Part shown: positions 13,317 through 27,239 of the stretch, piece after piece
Numbering within the stretch: the first letter of the stretch is position 1
Layout of the letters: each line of letters begins with the position of its first letter
NCBI GenBank assembly: GCA_002633005.1
Contig: NMRA01000518.1
Coordinates: 244,842-308,841 of the forward strand
DNA length: 64,000 nucleotides
Direction: 5' to 3'
DNA from: Phoronis australis
Lineage: Eukaryota > Animalia > Phoronida
Program-made: the position numbers and the translations under genes
Notes under the pieces: generated by a model
The model's input: the letters and a program-made list of their open reading frames with translations, nothing else
Told to the model about the DNA's origin: nothing
The model's database searches: none

Positions 13317-14888
13317 AGGAGAATGCCACCCAAAAACAACCTATTTTGTATCAATTTAGATCGAGTAGTTCCACTCGATAACAGCAAGTTCAGTTGTTTT
13401 TCCTGACACCTGACGGCAGACGGAGGTGTTGAATTTAACCAATGACGTAATTGGTTCGAACGCAGTCTGTTCACTGAGCCGTTCACAACACGCTTACTGG
13501 TGTCAACTTATCGCTTGAATGCATCGTTTTACACCAATAAATCATCAAATTACAATGTAAAACTCTTACAAATACGTCGAGTTCTTGAACAAATGTGTTG
13601 CTTTATTTCACTGTTCAGTTACGGATTTATAGGTATTTGAACGTATGGTAGCCCACAGAGTTCGATCAGAGAGTGTAGATTCCTAGGTTCGGTAGGCCGA
13701 TTTATCATGGTCGATCGTGGGAGTTTTGGGTCTGTTTGATGATAAATGCGAAAGATAGCTGCGTGTTGTACTTTTAGACTTGCGATTTCTGTCAGTTCTA
13801 AACACACAAAACGCTTGTTATCCCAGCCAGTGTAGCGGCCGCCGAGACTAGACATCACGAGGATAAACCAGCTTAAGTTGGAAATTAAACCTCCAGTCAC
13901 GAAAAGACTATACTAATGAGCTAAAGAAATAATGTGCACGTAATTATTTTGGTGAATTAGCCACGAAACTGCAAATCTACTTACTTGTCGGGGCCGCGAA
14001 GTCACAGAACCGTCAGGGCAAAAGTTGTACACTTACAATGATGTGAATAATGTATTTGTATATCTAAATAAGATTCCCCTAACATGTGACCATAGCAAAT
14101 ACAATCGAGTTATTGTTTCACAATAGCTTTTTGTCAGCAAACACTGAATTAGCATGCGCTCACACGACCTCGGTGCCCGCCGGTCAATTACCTTTATTGC
14201 AACTGAAGCCGGTTACGCAGTGGTTTATTCATTGCTGCCTTCTCAAAACACTTGCACTAACCAATTCTCCAAAGGCATTACAAATAGTATCTAATGAGAC
14301 AGACTTTTTCAGTTTTATATAAGCATTGGTTAGGTGGGAACAATTCATTTGAAACAGAACGCAGAATAATAAACGTCAACAGGACAGCTCGCAATCCCGA
14401 CTCATCCGACAAAGACTTCGCAGGTGGATCATTAAGTTTCACAAGCTATCAGTTCGAACCGGAATACAGTGATCAAGAAATACTAGAGAGGCGCCCTGAA
14501 CATGCACAGGCAACGGAACGTATGGATAGTTCTTTGCAGCCGGCATTCGTCAGACTCACTGTCGACTACTGCCGGCCTTATACTTGCTATTAACAGCATA
14601 CTTTTCATTCTTCATTGCCAAGAGCCACTTCCTAAGTGTTTTGGACTCGAAAAAAACGATATACCCCGTTTTCCTCGCAGCTGCATAGTTCGGACAAGCG
14701 GGAACGATGCCTCGCAACATAGCGGCATTCACTCTGCAAATGAACCACTGACGTCGCTGCGTTCTCTCCTTCCTCACAGGTTAACGCGACACTTGTCGGC
14801 AAGGTAAGGTTGACCGTATGCGAGGCGATGTGGATATAGACCGATTAAGACGGTAAAAAAGACTAATTAAATCGGGTGGCATTCTCCT
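13317..14888. mobile_element. Kolobok-like non-autonomous DNA transposon
   Basis: Perfect 15-bp TIR AGGAGAATGCCACCC / GGGTGGCATTCTCCT with TTAA on both sides; internal THAP-like (minus, about 14590-14720) and YQFEP..RLT..YC (plus, about 14440-14575) remnants. Confidence 0.85.
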
Positions 14889-16362
14889 TTAAGGAGAACT
14901 CCCCTAGCAATAATTTTATTGTCGTTTAAACCAATAAAAAAACACCGTCATCCCATTTTCGGACATTCCGCCGAGAGGTCTGCCTGTCGAAATATAGGTT
15001 TGCTAGGCTTCAGCTAGTGTATACAACCGTAATCATGTGTGGATCATATGTCTACTTCTGTTTAATGGGTAGAGTGTGCTTAGATTTCAGGGGAATTGAA
15101 GTACATTAATGCTGCATCTCTAAAATGCCTTATTTTAAATAACTTGTCTTTTGTTTTCAGTTGTTACATGGGATCCTGGCGTAGGTTTCGTATAAGCCTC
15201 CATTCCAATATATAACATACGCACGTACAAATACCAGTATTTTGTATCTGGATTTTCAAAGAACAAAACATGGATTTTTCTGAAATTCCATTAAGTAAGA
15301 TGAATGATTACTTTGTATACATCTACATGATTATGGGCAACAAATTAAATCATATATCTACAACATATTGTGAAATAAGCGAATGGTAATTTCTTTGGTG
15401 TTATGCGGAGTAAAATGTGACCACAACTCTGGTCGCCACCAATTTTGCACCCCCACCCGGTCCGGTCGCGACCAGTTTTGTCCCCAGAGGGGTGAGCACA
15501 CCTCGCTTCCTGTGACTGTGTGTATTGCAAAGTTCAAGCTCCAGAAGGCATAGGAACAATTTTTATATAACCACAGGTTCCGGATATAGGACAAAAATGT
15601 TCAAAATCAACACTTTAACCACTATTGCAGTCATTGTTGACGGAAACGCCATCATGTTCACGTGTTTTTATCTATACGGTAAAAGTGACAGATGTGCATT
15701 GTATCCGAAATCGTGTTTCCTTCTTGCAGCATTCCTCTCTGTATTTCTGTTCATGAGGCGTCACCTCCACGTGGTCATGCGTAAAGCAATGTCATTTTAG
15801 TTTTCGTCCGTAACACACAATAAACATTGTAAAACTACACCATACGACAAATCCTATGAAGAAATTGAACAACATCAAAAACATATGCATTATGTCCAAG
15901 TAATTGTGCGCGTTTGGTCCATTACATTTTCGTATATTTTTCTGCTCCTCTGCTTCGCTTATGTTTTAAACGGAAACTCAAGAAATATACTGATAACTGG
16001 ATTAAAATGTTTCCTTGCTATGATAGAATCGGTCTCATTCCATTTGGAGTTCTGAGATGACCTGAGTCTGAATTTGAGCGGGCAAATACTGAAAGTGCTT
16101 CTAGGATTTGTTATTCTGAAGCGGCTTTTTTGACTCGTGGCAAGCGAAATGAAGGGCTGAAAATGTAGCGACTAACGAGATCAAGTCTTGATTTTGTTCC
16201 TACAGACACCCCAAAACATAAGGAAGAGTACTTCAAAAGGCAATGAGAAATTTCTAGCACACGGTTATCGCTTGCGCGTTTATACACACGTGTTTTGTTG
16301 TTCATTGATTGAAACGATCGAGTATTTTCATCACCACGTGCAGGCAAGTAGAAATGTTACAT

Positions 16363-16665
16363 TCAGACGTTAATGCCTTGTGGAAGGTATTGGGACGTTT
16401 GGTCTGGATCCCTGAATGTCATGATGACGTCCTGCAGCTGGGAGCTCCCGTAACTGCCGATGTCGTAGTTGTCATTTTCGTCAACGCTCGGCATACATGT
16501 GATGATTTGTCTTGAACAAGTCGGTAGTTGGATGGTTTTCACCATGTTGCAGATGCACGAATCCATATGATCCGCCAGTTGTTTTCTCAGGTCGTTGTTT
16601 TCTTTCTTGTATTGCTCATTGACAAATTTCAACACCACGACTTCCGAGCGGAGACCACAGATTTC
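16363..16665 (-). CDS. bZIP paralog A, exon 2 (leucine zipper + C-tail): EICGLRSEVVVLKFVNEQYKKENNDLRKQLADHMDSCIC...
   Basis: Acceptor tttctgctgtag|GAA, in frame with ORF 16363..16638. Heptad L-L-Y-L-H followed by HxxxC, as in Fos/ATF3/BATF zippers. Homologous to exons at 36171-36479 and 41461-41679. Confidence 0.8.
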   Translation of the reverse strand, partial: EICGLRSEVVVLKFVNEQYKKENNDLRKQLADHMDSCICNMVKTIQLPTCSRQIITCMPSVDENDNYDIGSYGSSQLQDVIMTFRDPDQTSQYLPQGINV

Positions 16666-18620
16666 CTACAGCAGAAAGTTCGTACGTTTGTGAATGTTAT
16701 CATTCAGATTGTATTGTTTCGTGCTAATTACCATATTGTACGAGTCCGTTATCACTAGTACACGTACCACGTTCACGTGCAACGCGACAGATATTTTGGT
16801 GGTTTGTTTGAGGGCATTGCCTCGATCATCATTTGGCAAAATCATGAGGGAACTGGTCTTTCGTTTAACTTGCTTGGAGCGTCAGTGGCACTCTTGCCGA
16901 TTTCTGACTGAGTAAAATATTTGATTTCGGTCTCAGTCCTCCAAACGTGTCGTCGGAGGTTGGTGAAAATACCCCGTTTAAGTGTTTTAAGTGATCTGGC
17001 AGTTAATAACTGCTTTTGCTAAAACAAACTTTAGTTTCGCTTTCAGCAAAACATTTTACGAACCTTGAAGTATGACGCCATGTTTTCATGTAATTCACTC
17101 TGTGCAACTGGTGTCTGATCACGCTCAATTTGGAACGATATGGCATTAGTCACTGATATCCTGTAAGTTTGTGTTTGTCTTTATGCGAAACTGTTTAATT
17201 AGTTGTACATGTGAGCTGGGATATCCCAACTATCGCTTTCACAAACTAGAAATGGTTTTCGCTTCTCATTGATCGAAAAATGAACGCTTGACATTTCGAC
17301 AACAAAATTATTTACAAATCGCTAAACATTTTCCCCGACATCGGTCGCTTAGCACTCTTCACTGATTGCCACGGAATAAACACGGGCTGGGAATTCATCC
17401 TAGGTTTTTGTCAACGGAATTTTTGTGCTTTTCAAATTAAAAGATGTACATCACCTTGATTTGTGTTGGACTAAACAATGAAAGCCAGTACCGATGCAAT
17501 AGAGGAGATAGATTTAGAAATTGAGAGCTGTACCCGTAAAACTGAAATAAAAAAGGTCCACACAGTTTACGTTCCCGGTATGAACTTCCTCTGCACAGTA
17601 GAATGGCACAAACGTGTATGCTCGATCCCGAACAGAAAAATATACACATAACCAGTTTAAATAGAACTTATTGATTAGCCTCATAAGGCTTATCTACTAC
17701 AAAAGTGGTTACTGAAGCTATGCAAAGACGGTGGAAACAACAGGCATTCTGTCCAAGGCTCACAGCGTGAAGAGATTCCGACTCTTGGCCGGTATGTCGA
17801 TACTGTAATACAGTACGATACAACACCGGGGGTCGCGTGTTGAATAATACAATAATGAGTGAAATGAAAGTAACTCTGGCGACATATTTTGGTCAACGTA
17901 CGGTTGACGACCCACCCGTTTCTCGGAGTGCGCTATCCCCGGATCTCCCGCGGCACACCAATCAAAAAGAAAGTGTAGTGTACCTCCCCCCGCCTGGTAC
18001 TATCATAATTGATTAAATACTCCATCTATGCTACTACAAAATTATGTGTTTGGGCCACATGCGCTAAAGACACTAACTCAAACCTGCATATTCAAGTCCA
18101 ATGTTGTACTCGTATGCGAAAGTATCGGTGTAAAGCGAAAGTGAATAAATATTTGAGACAGAACGCGTGTAGATTGGTGTGTAGCACTTTGATAGAAACC
18201 ACTGATCACAGTCATACTAAATGCAATGAGTTCACTAGTGATGTATAATAGCAGTTTGCATCTATGCTTGTTTAGTAGAAAGCGACAGCGAACTTCTAAG
18301 ACTGGCCTCTCTCTTCGGGGAAAATTAGATTGCGATGTCGGGGAGTAAATTACAAGTTGATGACGTCACTCAGTTTCGCCCGCCACTACCGACTGCAGAC
18401 TTATCTTAGCACGGCTTGAAGGCCTTTCCCGTTCCCGCTGCATATGTCTGATCGAGATATGACCAAGCAATGTCAAGTTTGAAGTTCTATGGAATTATGT
18501 GCAGAAACTAGTCTTGGTATGCACTGGTCGGGTGTGTAGTACATGTAAAAGCTATGACCAGTTTGCAATTGAGCTGAAGAGTCGTGCACATGCATGCAAC
18601 TAAGGGGAGCATAGAAGTAC

Positions 18621-18695
18621 CTGTTTCATGTCTTTTGTTTCCTGACGTTTTTTCACACGATATCTCTGGGATGCCATCTTCCGTTTTGTATCCAT
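18621..18695 (-). CDS. bZIP paralog A, exon 1 (basic region): MDTKRKMASQRYRVKKRQETKDMKQ
   Basis: Manual translation from ATG at 18695: 25 codons ending in a phase-0 donor CAG|gtactt. Aligns without gaps to bZIP basic region plus hinge and to the exons at 37620-37730 and 55035-55160. An acceptor (cctgtatag) just upstream suggests an additional 5' exon. Confidence 0.8.
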
Positions 18696-20963
18696 GATCA
18701 CAAAGACAGTCGAATTCTATACAGGAAAAGCGTTTTTTGCAGAACGTCTAGAGTTTGTTTACAAATTATCCGTGGGAATTTCCCAACGGTTTGGAGTCAC
18801 TTGAATACTATGACCTAGCTACTGACCCTGATACGAGGTCGGAGTTCAGCGTTTATTACGGACGAAACCGTGCATTCACACCACCTTTAACTTCTTGACG
18901 AGGAATAACGAAAATGTTTATAAATCAGGTCAGTTTTAACCAAATTGACCAATTCCAGTGGTCAAGTCGACACGCGGCTATTGCTGCACCAGCCTTTAAT
19001 CTACTGGAACCATTTACCTTAGGGTTCTCGTATTATGCAAAGTTTCACTGCAGTTTCCCGTCTCAGTGACATAAAGAAGTTGGTTGGAATTTAGACCAAA
19101 TACGTCACAAAACGTTTAAAAGAAAACCAGTTGAATTATATGTTTATCATGTTTTGATTGCCGTGAGCGCCGTCGCCTATATTGTATTGTTTTCCCAGTT
19201 GACGACCCTTGACCTACATAAACAGGTGCCTGGTAATATGTTGACGTTTGCAGCCCACGGCAAAAGGTGTCGCGACATAACTCACAAAGACCACGTAAGA
19301 GTGCAATATGTTCTTGCAGTGAGCTTGTGAATTCACTCGTTATATATTATCTATCTTGTATAGACTTACTTTGTTGACCGAGACCGACACTGTTTAGTAA
19401 CCCGCCAGCACCGACTTCCCCATGTAGTGAACACTGCGGCACACTGCATAGCCTACCGTGAATAATACGCTTAAACAAGGAAGTCACACATTTCTAAAGC
19501 ACGGGTGAGAAACAACATGACCGTCGGTCCTCCAAATCTGACCGACTCACCACAAAACAGGATATACGGGGATCAAATGGGACCGGCGCACCATAAAATG
19601 GGACTGACGCATCTAAGCACATGTAAAGATGTTCTCTGTGAAATTTTTAGAGTAGCTGTAATCTAGAAAGTAAAGGGATGGGTTGACAAATAACTGGCGA
19701 TCAAATCTACCACTGTTTTGGTACTTCAAGTTAAAAATAAAATGGAAAGATATCAATCTGCTCTCGGTAATAAAAAACCAAGTAGACTGAAATATTAAAA
19801 TGAAATAACGAAAACTGGTATGAAACATATTTAAAACCATCATTTGGGAAGTGGCCCTTGGTAAAGACAAACACAAATTAACATGTTAGTCAGTTGTAAT
19901 ATTTAAAATGTACCAAATTAAAACTACTCTCCACAGGTGCGGTCTGTAACTCGACTGTGCAAATGCCAGAGAAAATCAATTTGGGTGTAATAACAACCAT
20001 CATTGTTGTGACAGTAATGCCAGCTGTGACCCCTTTCCACTTCGTTAGCCGGCAGCAGAGCCTCGGGTGACGTAAAGCTCGAAAGCGCCGCGTTTTACAA
20101 AGCGAAGTGTCTGGTAGCGCACAAACGATTTCAGTGAGACTTATCAGCATAAGTAACTAGCCCCATTGTGTGATCTATTTACACTGTCAATTGAATGGTC
20201 ATAAAACTTTCAATTACTTCAGCCCAGTTGTTTTCAGTTGTAAAAACGCAACTTCTTAGCTTTTAGTCGGAGGTCATTTTTGATATTTTATTCGAATTCG
20301 TGACGAAAAATACTGCAAAACCATACCTCACACTTTTGAATTTGTTGTTTGTTGAGACGTTTTTCAAAGTACTTCGGCTCTGGCCCTAAGTGCGTAATGG
20401 ATATTTATCTACGCTTTTTGACTCGTTCAGTTCATTCTGTTCGAAAAGTTTTAAAATTAGCAAAATATGTGTTTAAAAAGACATTTGAAAAGATTTTTGT
20501 CGATTAGTATCACATAATACATCACATTTCGTTTTGTTGGCATAATTTTTGAAACTATTCCAACCGCGCATTAATTACGGTAGTGAAAGTTTGTTGGCGA
20601 TGTTTAGTGTAGCGAGAAACTGAAGCAGTGGTCGAGCTGCCGACATATGGGCAGACGTAGTGATCGATGAGGTCGTCACGTTGCCCGCTCCCAGGCCGGC
20701 CCAGTGGTGAGTACAGTTACGTTGAACGAAATCCGCGCTCGAGTGCTCCCACAGTAAGACCAAAAAAGGCGTAAGCTGTTTTTATTATATTTTTCCACTA
20801 TTTTAGTATGTTTATTGTTCATTTTGGTGCGATGATGTCTAAGCCAGTCAGTCTAACAGTTGTTGTTAGCCGGTTAGGCATAGGGCTCTTTGCCGTTTAG
20901 ACCCGGAAGCTACTACACCCGGGCTAGTAGTGAACAGTATGACAGCGCCAAGTGTGGAGTAAT

Positions 20964-23900
20964 GGGGCTATTCGGAAAATCTACAATAACTAGAGGGCGT
21001 GCGTGTACTAGTGGTGATAGATTAACAGCCTCGATTTCGCGAGCCCTTTAAATACATGGTGAAATGGCTTGCAGCCGTGCCAACTGAATCTGAGATTGCG
21101 TAAAAAGGGTGCTTCTATGAGAGGAAGTAAGCACGACCTCATACAAAGGTAAGGTTTGTGATTATTTTAACGATTATTCCATGATTATTCTACCGATGCC
21201 TGTTAACTGAGGCACTCGCCGATGTCGACTTCGCGGCAGTCAGTCGCCAGCCAGAGTCTGGTTAATCTTTGTATGTTGTGATATGTGATACGATACTTGA
21301 CGTAGCAATCGGGATCTTTTCGTACATCAAAGCATTATTATTGTTTGGAATGATTTCTAAAAGTTTATCAGTGACAGTTACATCAATCAATGCTGAATGT
21401 TTATGCTGTCAACTCGATACAGGTTAATGAGTTAAGATTACAATCCAATCCCAATGGCAAAGGGTACGTGAGTGATAAATATCCATTGCATTAGACTATT
21501 TGTTTACTCCCTATCATATGTCTTCTGGAAATCTATTACACGTTGAAATGGAAATCTATCACGTCAGTTTTCACGTAACCTTTGGTTTTTAGGTTTGAAG
21601 GCTTGTACCGTGCAGAGGAGATATGCATCGCTTCTGCACCGTCCCTGAATGGACAAAAATTGGTTTTTAGCATTTGACTGCAGCTAACCAACAAGATCTT
21701 CCCATCCAGTGCAGATCTGTTGTCAAAGCCTACTTTCAATATTGGAGACAACGAACAAAGCCTTTGAAAAGGAACAGCTATTTTTAAAGTCATTTTGTTA
21801 AATTACTTATTCAGGTCCCGAGGGGGGATTGGCATGGGGGGTTGTAATATTTGGTACAACTGAATGTGTGGAAATAACAGGTAATACATGTTTGGGGAAA
21901 AGAGCATGGTGAGGTAATTCTTAACCTTCACGAAGTCCCTTCAAGTTGATTTCATGAAACTGTTTTGCTACTTGTATCAATTGTAAAACCACGAAAATAT
22001 ATTACATTTTCCGAATTCACAGTGACTGAATAGTCTTAACTCATGCCTTGAAATGTTGCAAGTCGTTATAAATTCAAATGACTGCCATTTTTGTGAAAAT
22101 TGCATTTTTGATGGTGCCTTACGATTTGTAATTACTCTTAAACAACAGAAAGATTATCCATCATTTTTAAATGACCCAAGTCTTCATATCTTCTATTAGA
22201 AGAAAAACGGTTCCCTCAACCTTAGGCTAGAAGTATGCTTGACAGACCCATGAACCTGTAATCTGAGTTTAAAATTGCTGAAAGTATCAAAATTAAAAAG
22301 GCTTGAAAATGGGTAACAAAGGTTTGAAGTTGTCTCAAAAAACTTGTATATTTTACAGACAAGTGATGCGTTTAAAGAATTGTTATGGCTAGGGATAAAA
22401 AATAAAGACACAGTTTTATGCAATACTCATTATATACACCCTTGGTTTCTGAAAATAGTAATTATTTACTTTTATGTGAAACTGTAGACCAATCACCATA
22501 TATTTTTGAAAAACAGGGATAACATTTTTGATCCAATCTGGAGTACTTAATTATTCATATTTCAATATTTGTTCCAGGTTCAGTGACATTTTAAGGCCAC
22601 TTCAAGCTGTATCATAGACAAGCTTTGTTACTCCGTTCTCTTCCCACAGTTCTTCCACACACCAGCAGTGCTGCATGGCACAATGTGCAAATCAGTGGCC
22701 CTGGAGAAATGTGAATCGCAGTACTAAGTTACCATAAGACAATGTGCCAGTGGACTGTCTGTGTATCCAGACGAACTATATCTGACTGCTACACAAATAA
22801 GCCTTGTTGGTGAGGATGCCCTTTCATAGGCAATGAGTCATGTGTGGACAATAGCTTATTTCCTTTCCTGGAAGAAACATGAGGGACTGAAGCTAAAGAA
22901 GACCTAGTCACACTCTGGTCTAGTTCAGAGTCTGATTTTGGGCTCAAAACGATTCAAGTGATATGCTGCTGTGTTTACCTTCAAGGGTCTAATTGTGGAT
23001 GTTATTGAGGCTGAATGAGGTTACATGAAAGAAAGCCACGTGTTGAAACTGGACCTTTTTTACAAGCGCTTCTATAGGCCATTGAAACTAGAACCCAGTG
23101 AAATGAAAGCCAAAAGCTGAGTGACATTAAATTTTCCTTTCAGAAGAAAGGCTTTATACTATTGGTAAAAACTTTTCAATTTGGTACAGATTATGGGGAA
23201 ATGACATTCAGTGACTGCATCGATTGTCTTATTGTATGTTTTCAATTGTAGCTAGCTGCTATGCACAAGATTCGAGAATAAACAATTATCAGTGTATTTA
23301 AAAACAAATGGCAAACTGAAAAAGCACAGAAAGAAACATTGCGAGGGAGTCCATAATCAGGCATATCAGGTGCTGAATTACTGAATTACATTCAATTCTC
23401 TCAGGTTATTGCTGAAGGATTGCTTTTCACTTTGTCCAACGGTGAAATAGATGGTCAGGCGGTTGGTTTCAGTTGTTTTTTCTTGCCTGTAACAGAATAG
23501 AAATATTAGCAAATTGTAAAAGAAAAGGCAAGACAAAACTACTTTTGTAAGGCAGAACATACTTGACATTTCATCTTCATGTTTATGTGTAGAAACTAAT
23601 AACCTTTGTACCCAAGTCTTATTTAATATCTGAATTAAAATATGTGAAACAGGCTAAAAGTGATTTAACAATGTGTATTTTTCATGACACTTAAAATGTG
23701 CTTCTGATCTCAACAAGCAATTTTTTCCAATGCAATGTTAGGACATTTACTGAATTGAGGCTTATTCATGTTAATTTGATAACTGAGCTGGTGGTCCTGG
23801 GGGTGGGGTCCATGATAAAATAAGGAAACTCACTCATCTAGAGAATTTTATTGGAAACAGCATAGTTTTGAAGAGAAACTGCTGTGAAAAAGTCACTCTT

Positions 23901-24445
23901 GACTTCTGTGCATCACGTACCATACACCTCTTATTTTGGGAGCACTCCCACCCAGGACAATATGAATATGTGCTGCTAGCCTACCCGGCATCGGGTGAGT
24001 TTCCAAAAAGAAACACTTAGTTCCACTCAATAAAACTGTTATTCAGTGGGGTAACTGGTGGGGATAACATCACCGAACGATGTTGATAGAAACTGATTGC
24101 TAAAAACTTACCAAGTAATGTTGTGTAGTCTCCGAATGGAACTGCATAGTCATAGACATAGAGCACACACGGGGCTTCAGCATCCACACACTTTTTGTCA
24201 GTTAGTTGACCCTGTTGACCGCAATTGTCCACGAATATAGTAACCTTAGGTCTTTTGGGAATTTGTGGCCACCTGTCGAAGACTTGCACCAGGGAAATTA
24301 GCAGTAATAAGGCTTAGCGCGACGACGTATTTTGATAAAAATTCCATCTTTTACCAGTTGTTTACATGCAGACAGCCACGCATGCGCAATTCAATCACCA
24401 CTAGTACAGCAGCGACACCGCGAGGAGAATTCTCCGAATAGCCCC
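20964..24445. mobile_element. ISL2EU-like DNA transposon derivative
   Basis: TIR GGGGCTATTCGG / CCGAATAGCCCC flanked by AT on both sides; second inverted subterminal match gtactagtggtgat; SAP-like exon LRKKGASMRGSKHDLIQR|gt at about 21081-21148. Confidence 0.7.
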
Positions 24446-27239
24446 ATTCTGCACGTTTAGACGTATAAATTATCTCAGTTTAATAGTATAGTGTCTGAAT
24501 TATATTAACACAATATTATTAATTTACGATTCCAAAATCTTGGAACTTTTCATTTCGTTAAACTTTATTTCACTCATGAGTATCTAACAAACCTCCTAAA
24601 ATTTCGTCATGAAAACACGATCGGATCACAATAGTTCAAACTCAGTTGAAGTTCTTGTTGACCCATTGATCATTGTAATAGGCTAACCTATGGTTTGACT
24701 CTGATATAATTACATTAGCTTGTAGAATAGAGCTGATGACATCATGCCAACAATAGAACTTCCTACTGAGATTTAGTAACAGGAGCCCTTGTAGATGTTT
24801 CCCGACCTCACAGAGATAAATGTTATTTGTCCTTTTGATTGGCTATAGAATATTGGTTGAACAAATCTGATATGGTGCTGACCTATGTCTTCTTACTGGC
24901 GATCATATTTTGTAGACCCAGTTACCTGATTTGTGTACTTTATATGCCGGACATTTTGCGAGAGACTATTATTCCAGAGAGACTGTGGATGCCCTTGCGC
25001 CTAGTTGTGCTCTGTAGTATTTTTGTAGACATTTTATTTTTATTTCATAGACATCCAAATTTCAATTGAACTTCTACCTGTAATCCATAGTGTGATACAT
25101 AGTAGTTAGCAACTGTATAGCAGCCCTAATAAAAATCTTATTTTTATGCTGTCGTGTGACACTGTGCCTTTAGGATATTGGTACCTGGTCATTTTGGACA
25201 GCTTCGACACCTTCGCCTTCGAATATTTACTTGTCTGTTTTTGTTTATGTCCGTATTAAGAAGGGATTTTAATTACTATTACATTCTTATTACTTTGTGT
25301 ATATATCTGTATTCACAGTGATTTGGAAAGTGATGTTCTGATTTATCTATAAACCTCACTTTTTGTTATGTTTGTAAAAACTTTTACTTTAAATAAAATA
25401 TTTTAAAACAACCTCGTTTTTTTCTTTTGTGATTGGTAATCAAATGTCACATCACTTTTTACTTTTAAGCGGAAAGATTTCGATATAAATTTACTTGCGA
25501 TTAACAGTTTAGCTGTTCATGTACTTAATTCGATATTAACTTTTACCTCCAGGTTAAAAGTTGATGTCTTACTTTATGGTTATGAGTGATGAAAATTTCA
25601 AAATTTTGCCAACTTGGTATCTCAATAACAGCTTATCGGACTCAAATGAAACAGACGCTATGCTATCCACGCTGTTTTCCAGACTGGTTTTTAAATGGAC
25701 GTGTTTTCGAATAAGATACTGTCAAAAATTGAGGCTTTAATTGAATGAATTTTATGAAAATATCGGTTTTCATCTTAAAAGCTGCACAAAATAAAAAAGG
25801 ATATTTTGAAAACTGATTTTGAGATCTATTCATGAATATTTATGGGAAATGAAATTTGGCCATGCTGACAATACTTTATCTTTCCTGCAACATTGTTTCT
25901 TTGCTAAGTTTTATTAAAAAACATGTTCATTCTAAGACAGATTTGTGTTGAGTAGAAAATTGAATTATACTATCTTAAGTTTCTATTTTCAGAAAACATG
26001 TACTTTTTCTGAGTACAATTCTGTAATTTTGCAGAAAATTTGACTAAAAGAACATGCTTCCTGGTGAGGTTATTCACAACAAATTATCACAGTGCTCTAC
26101 CCTTTGTATTATGCACGTTAATTGTTTCACAATAATAGCAACAGTTGTGAATGACCTCTTGACCTGAGAAAGTAGTACCCTGAAAGTCAGTTATCTTCTA
26201 CTGAGCTGGACAATAGTCATACACAGTGCATTAGATTCTAAGTAATGGAGAGGCAATAAACTTGGGGCAATAAAGTGTGCGCTAAACTGGCAGAATTTCA
26301 CCAAGGTTTGCTGCAATATGTCAGATCTCCATCAATACAAATGGCGATTGTTTTGGGGCTAACGGAATCTGAGCGGTGACCAGTGTAAGCCAGAAATTCA
26401 CCCCATGTGGACGAAGTGATGTAATACGATGACTAAACTGAATGATGCAAAAACACAATAACACATTCTGAGACAGAAAGAGTGCGTCATATGGATATAA
26501 AATTTCAAAGTTTTAAATTCGTAAAGTTGTGAAATATGACTTGCAATTGCAGCAACAATAAGTAAATTCACATTTGCCTAACCGTATCGGTCTGTGTGTC
26601 ACTAGGGCACTCTAACAAAAATCAATTCTAAACACGATTTAAAGTCGATAAAAAGACCATACATAAAACGTGAATGACCAGTACTTGAAAATAGCTCTTC
26701 ATTCACCATTTTTAAAATACGTGAATTGGTAATTGTGGAATAAATACTATTACGATAATGCTCAGTACCATTTACGTGAGATGGTCAAGGCTACGCAGCA
26801 TTAAGAACGCAAGAAAGAAGATAGGAGCACAAGTTGATACGGAGTATAGTTGAATATGAAGGCCAGGATTTACCGTACTCGTTGTATACTACAGTCACCA
26901 ATTACGTTACAGTGTCGCACTGTGACTATACACGGGGAGCACAAATAGGTCACCCAGTAAGTCAGTATTGTAACTTTTTGTTAGCTTACTTTTCTACATC
27001 ACTTTGCGGCAGTACTTCTATTGATTCGAGGTCACACTGTGCACGTATACTATACTGGGGTTAGTTCGTTGCAAATGCGCAGTATAGGCCGGGATCCCAG
27101 AGCTTTTTTGGGCATAAAAAGGTAACTAATTTTCTGTAGTGCCACAGTGCTCTACTAAATGGGTATCCTGATGATTGGAAATGGTCGTCGGGCAGGTTCG
27201 CTCTGGTGAGTGTGGTTAGGAGAGCCATGAAAATGACAC

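Noticed and set aside
15700-15770. Minus-strand NRNTERNAARRK, superficially like a bZIP basic region
   Set aside because: Wrong spacing, no donor in the conserved position, and no following zipper exon seen.
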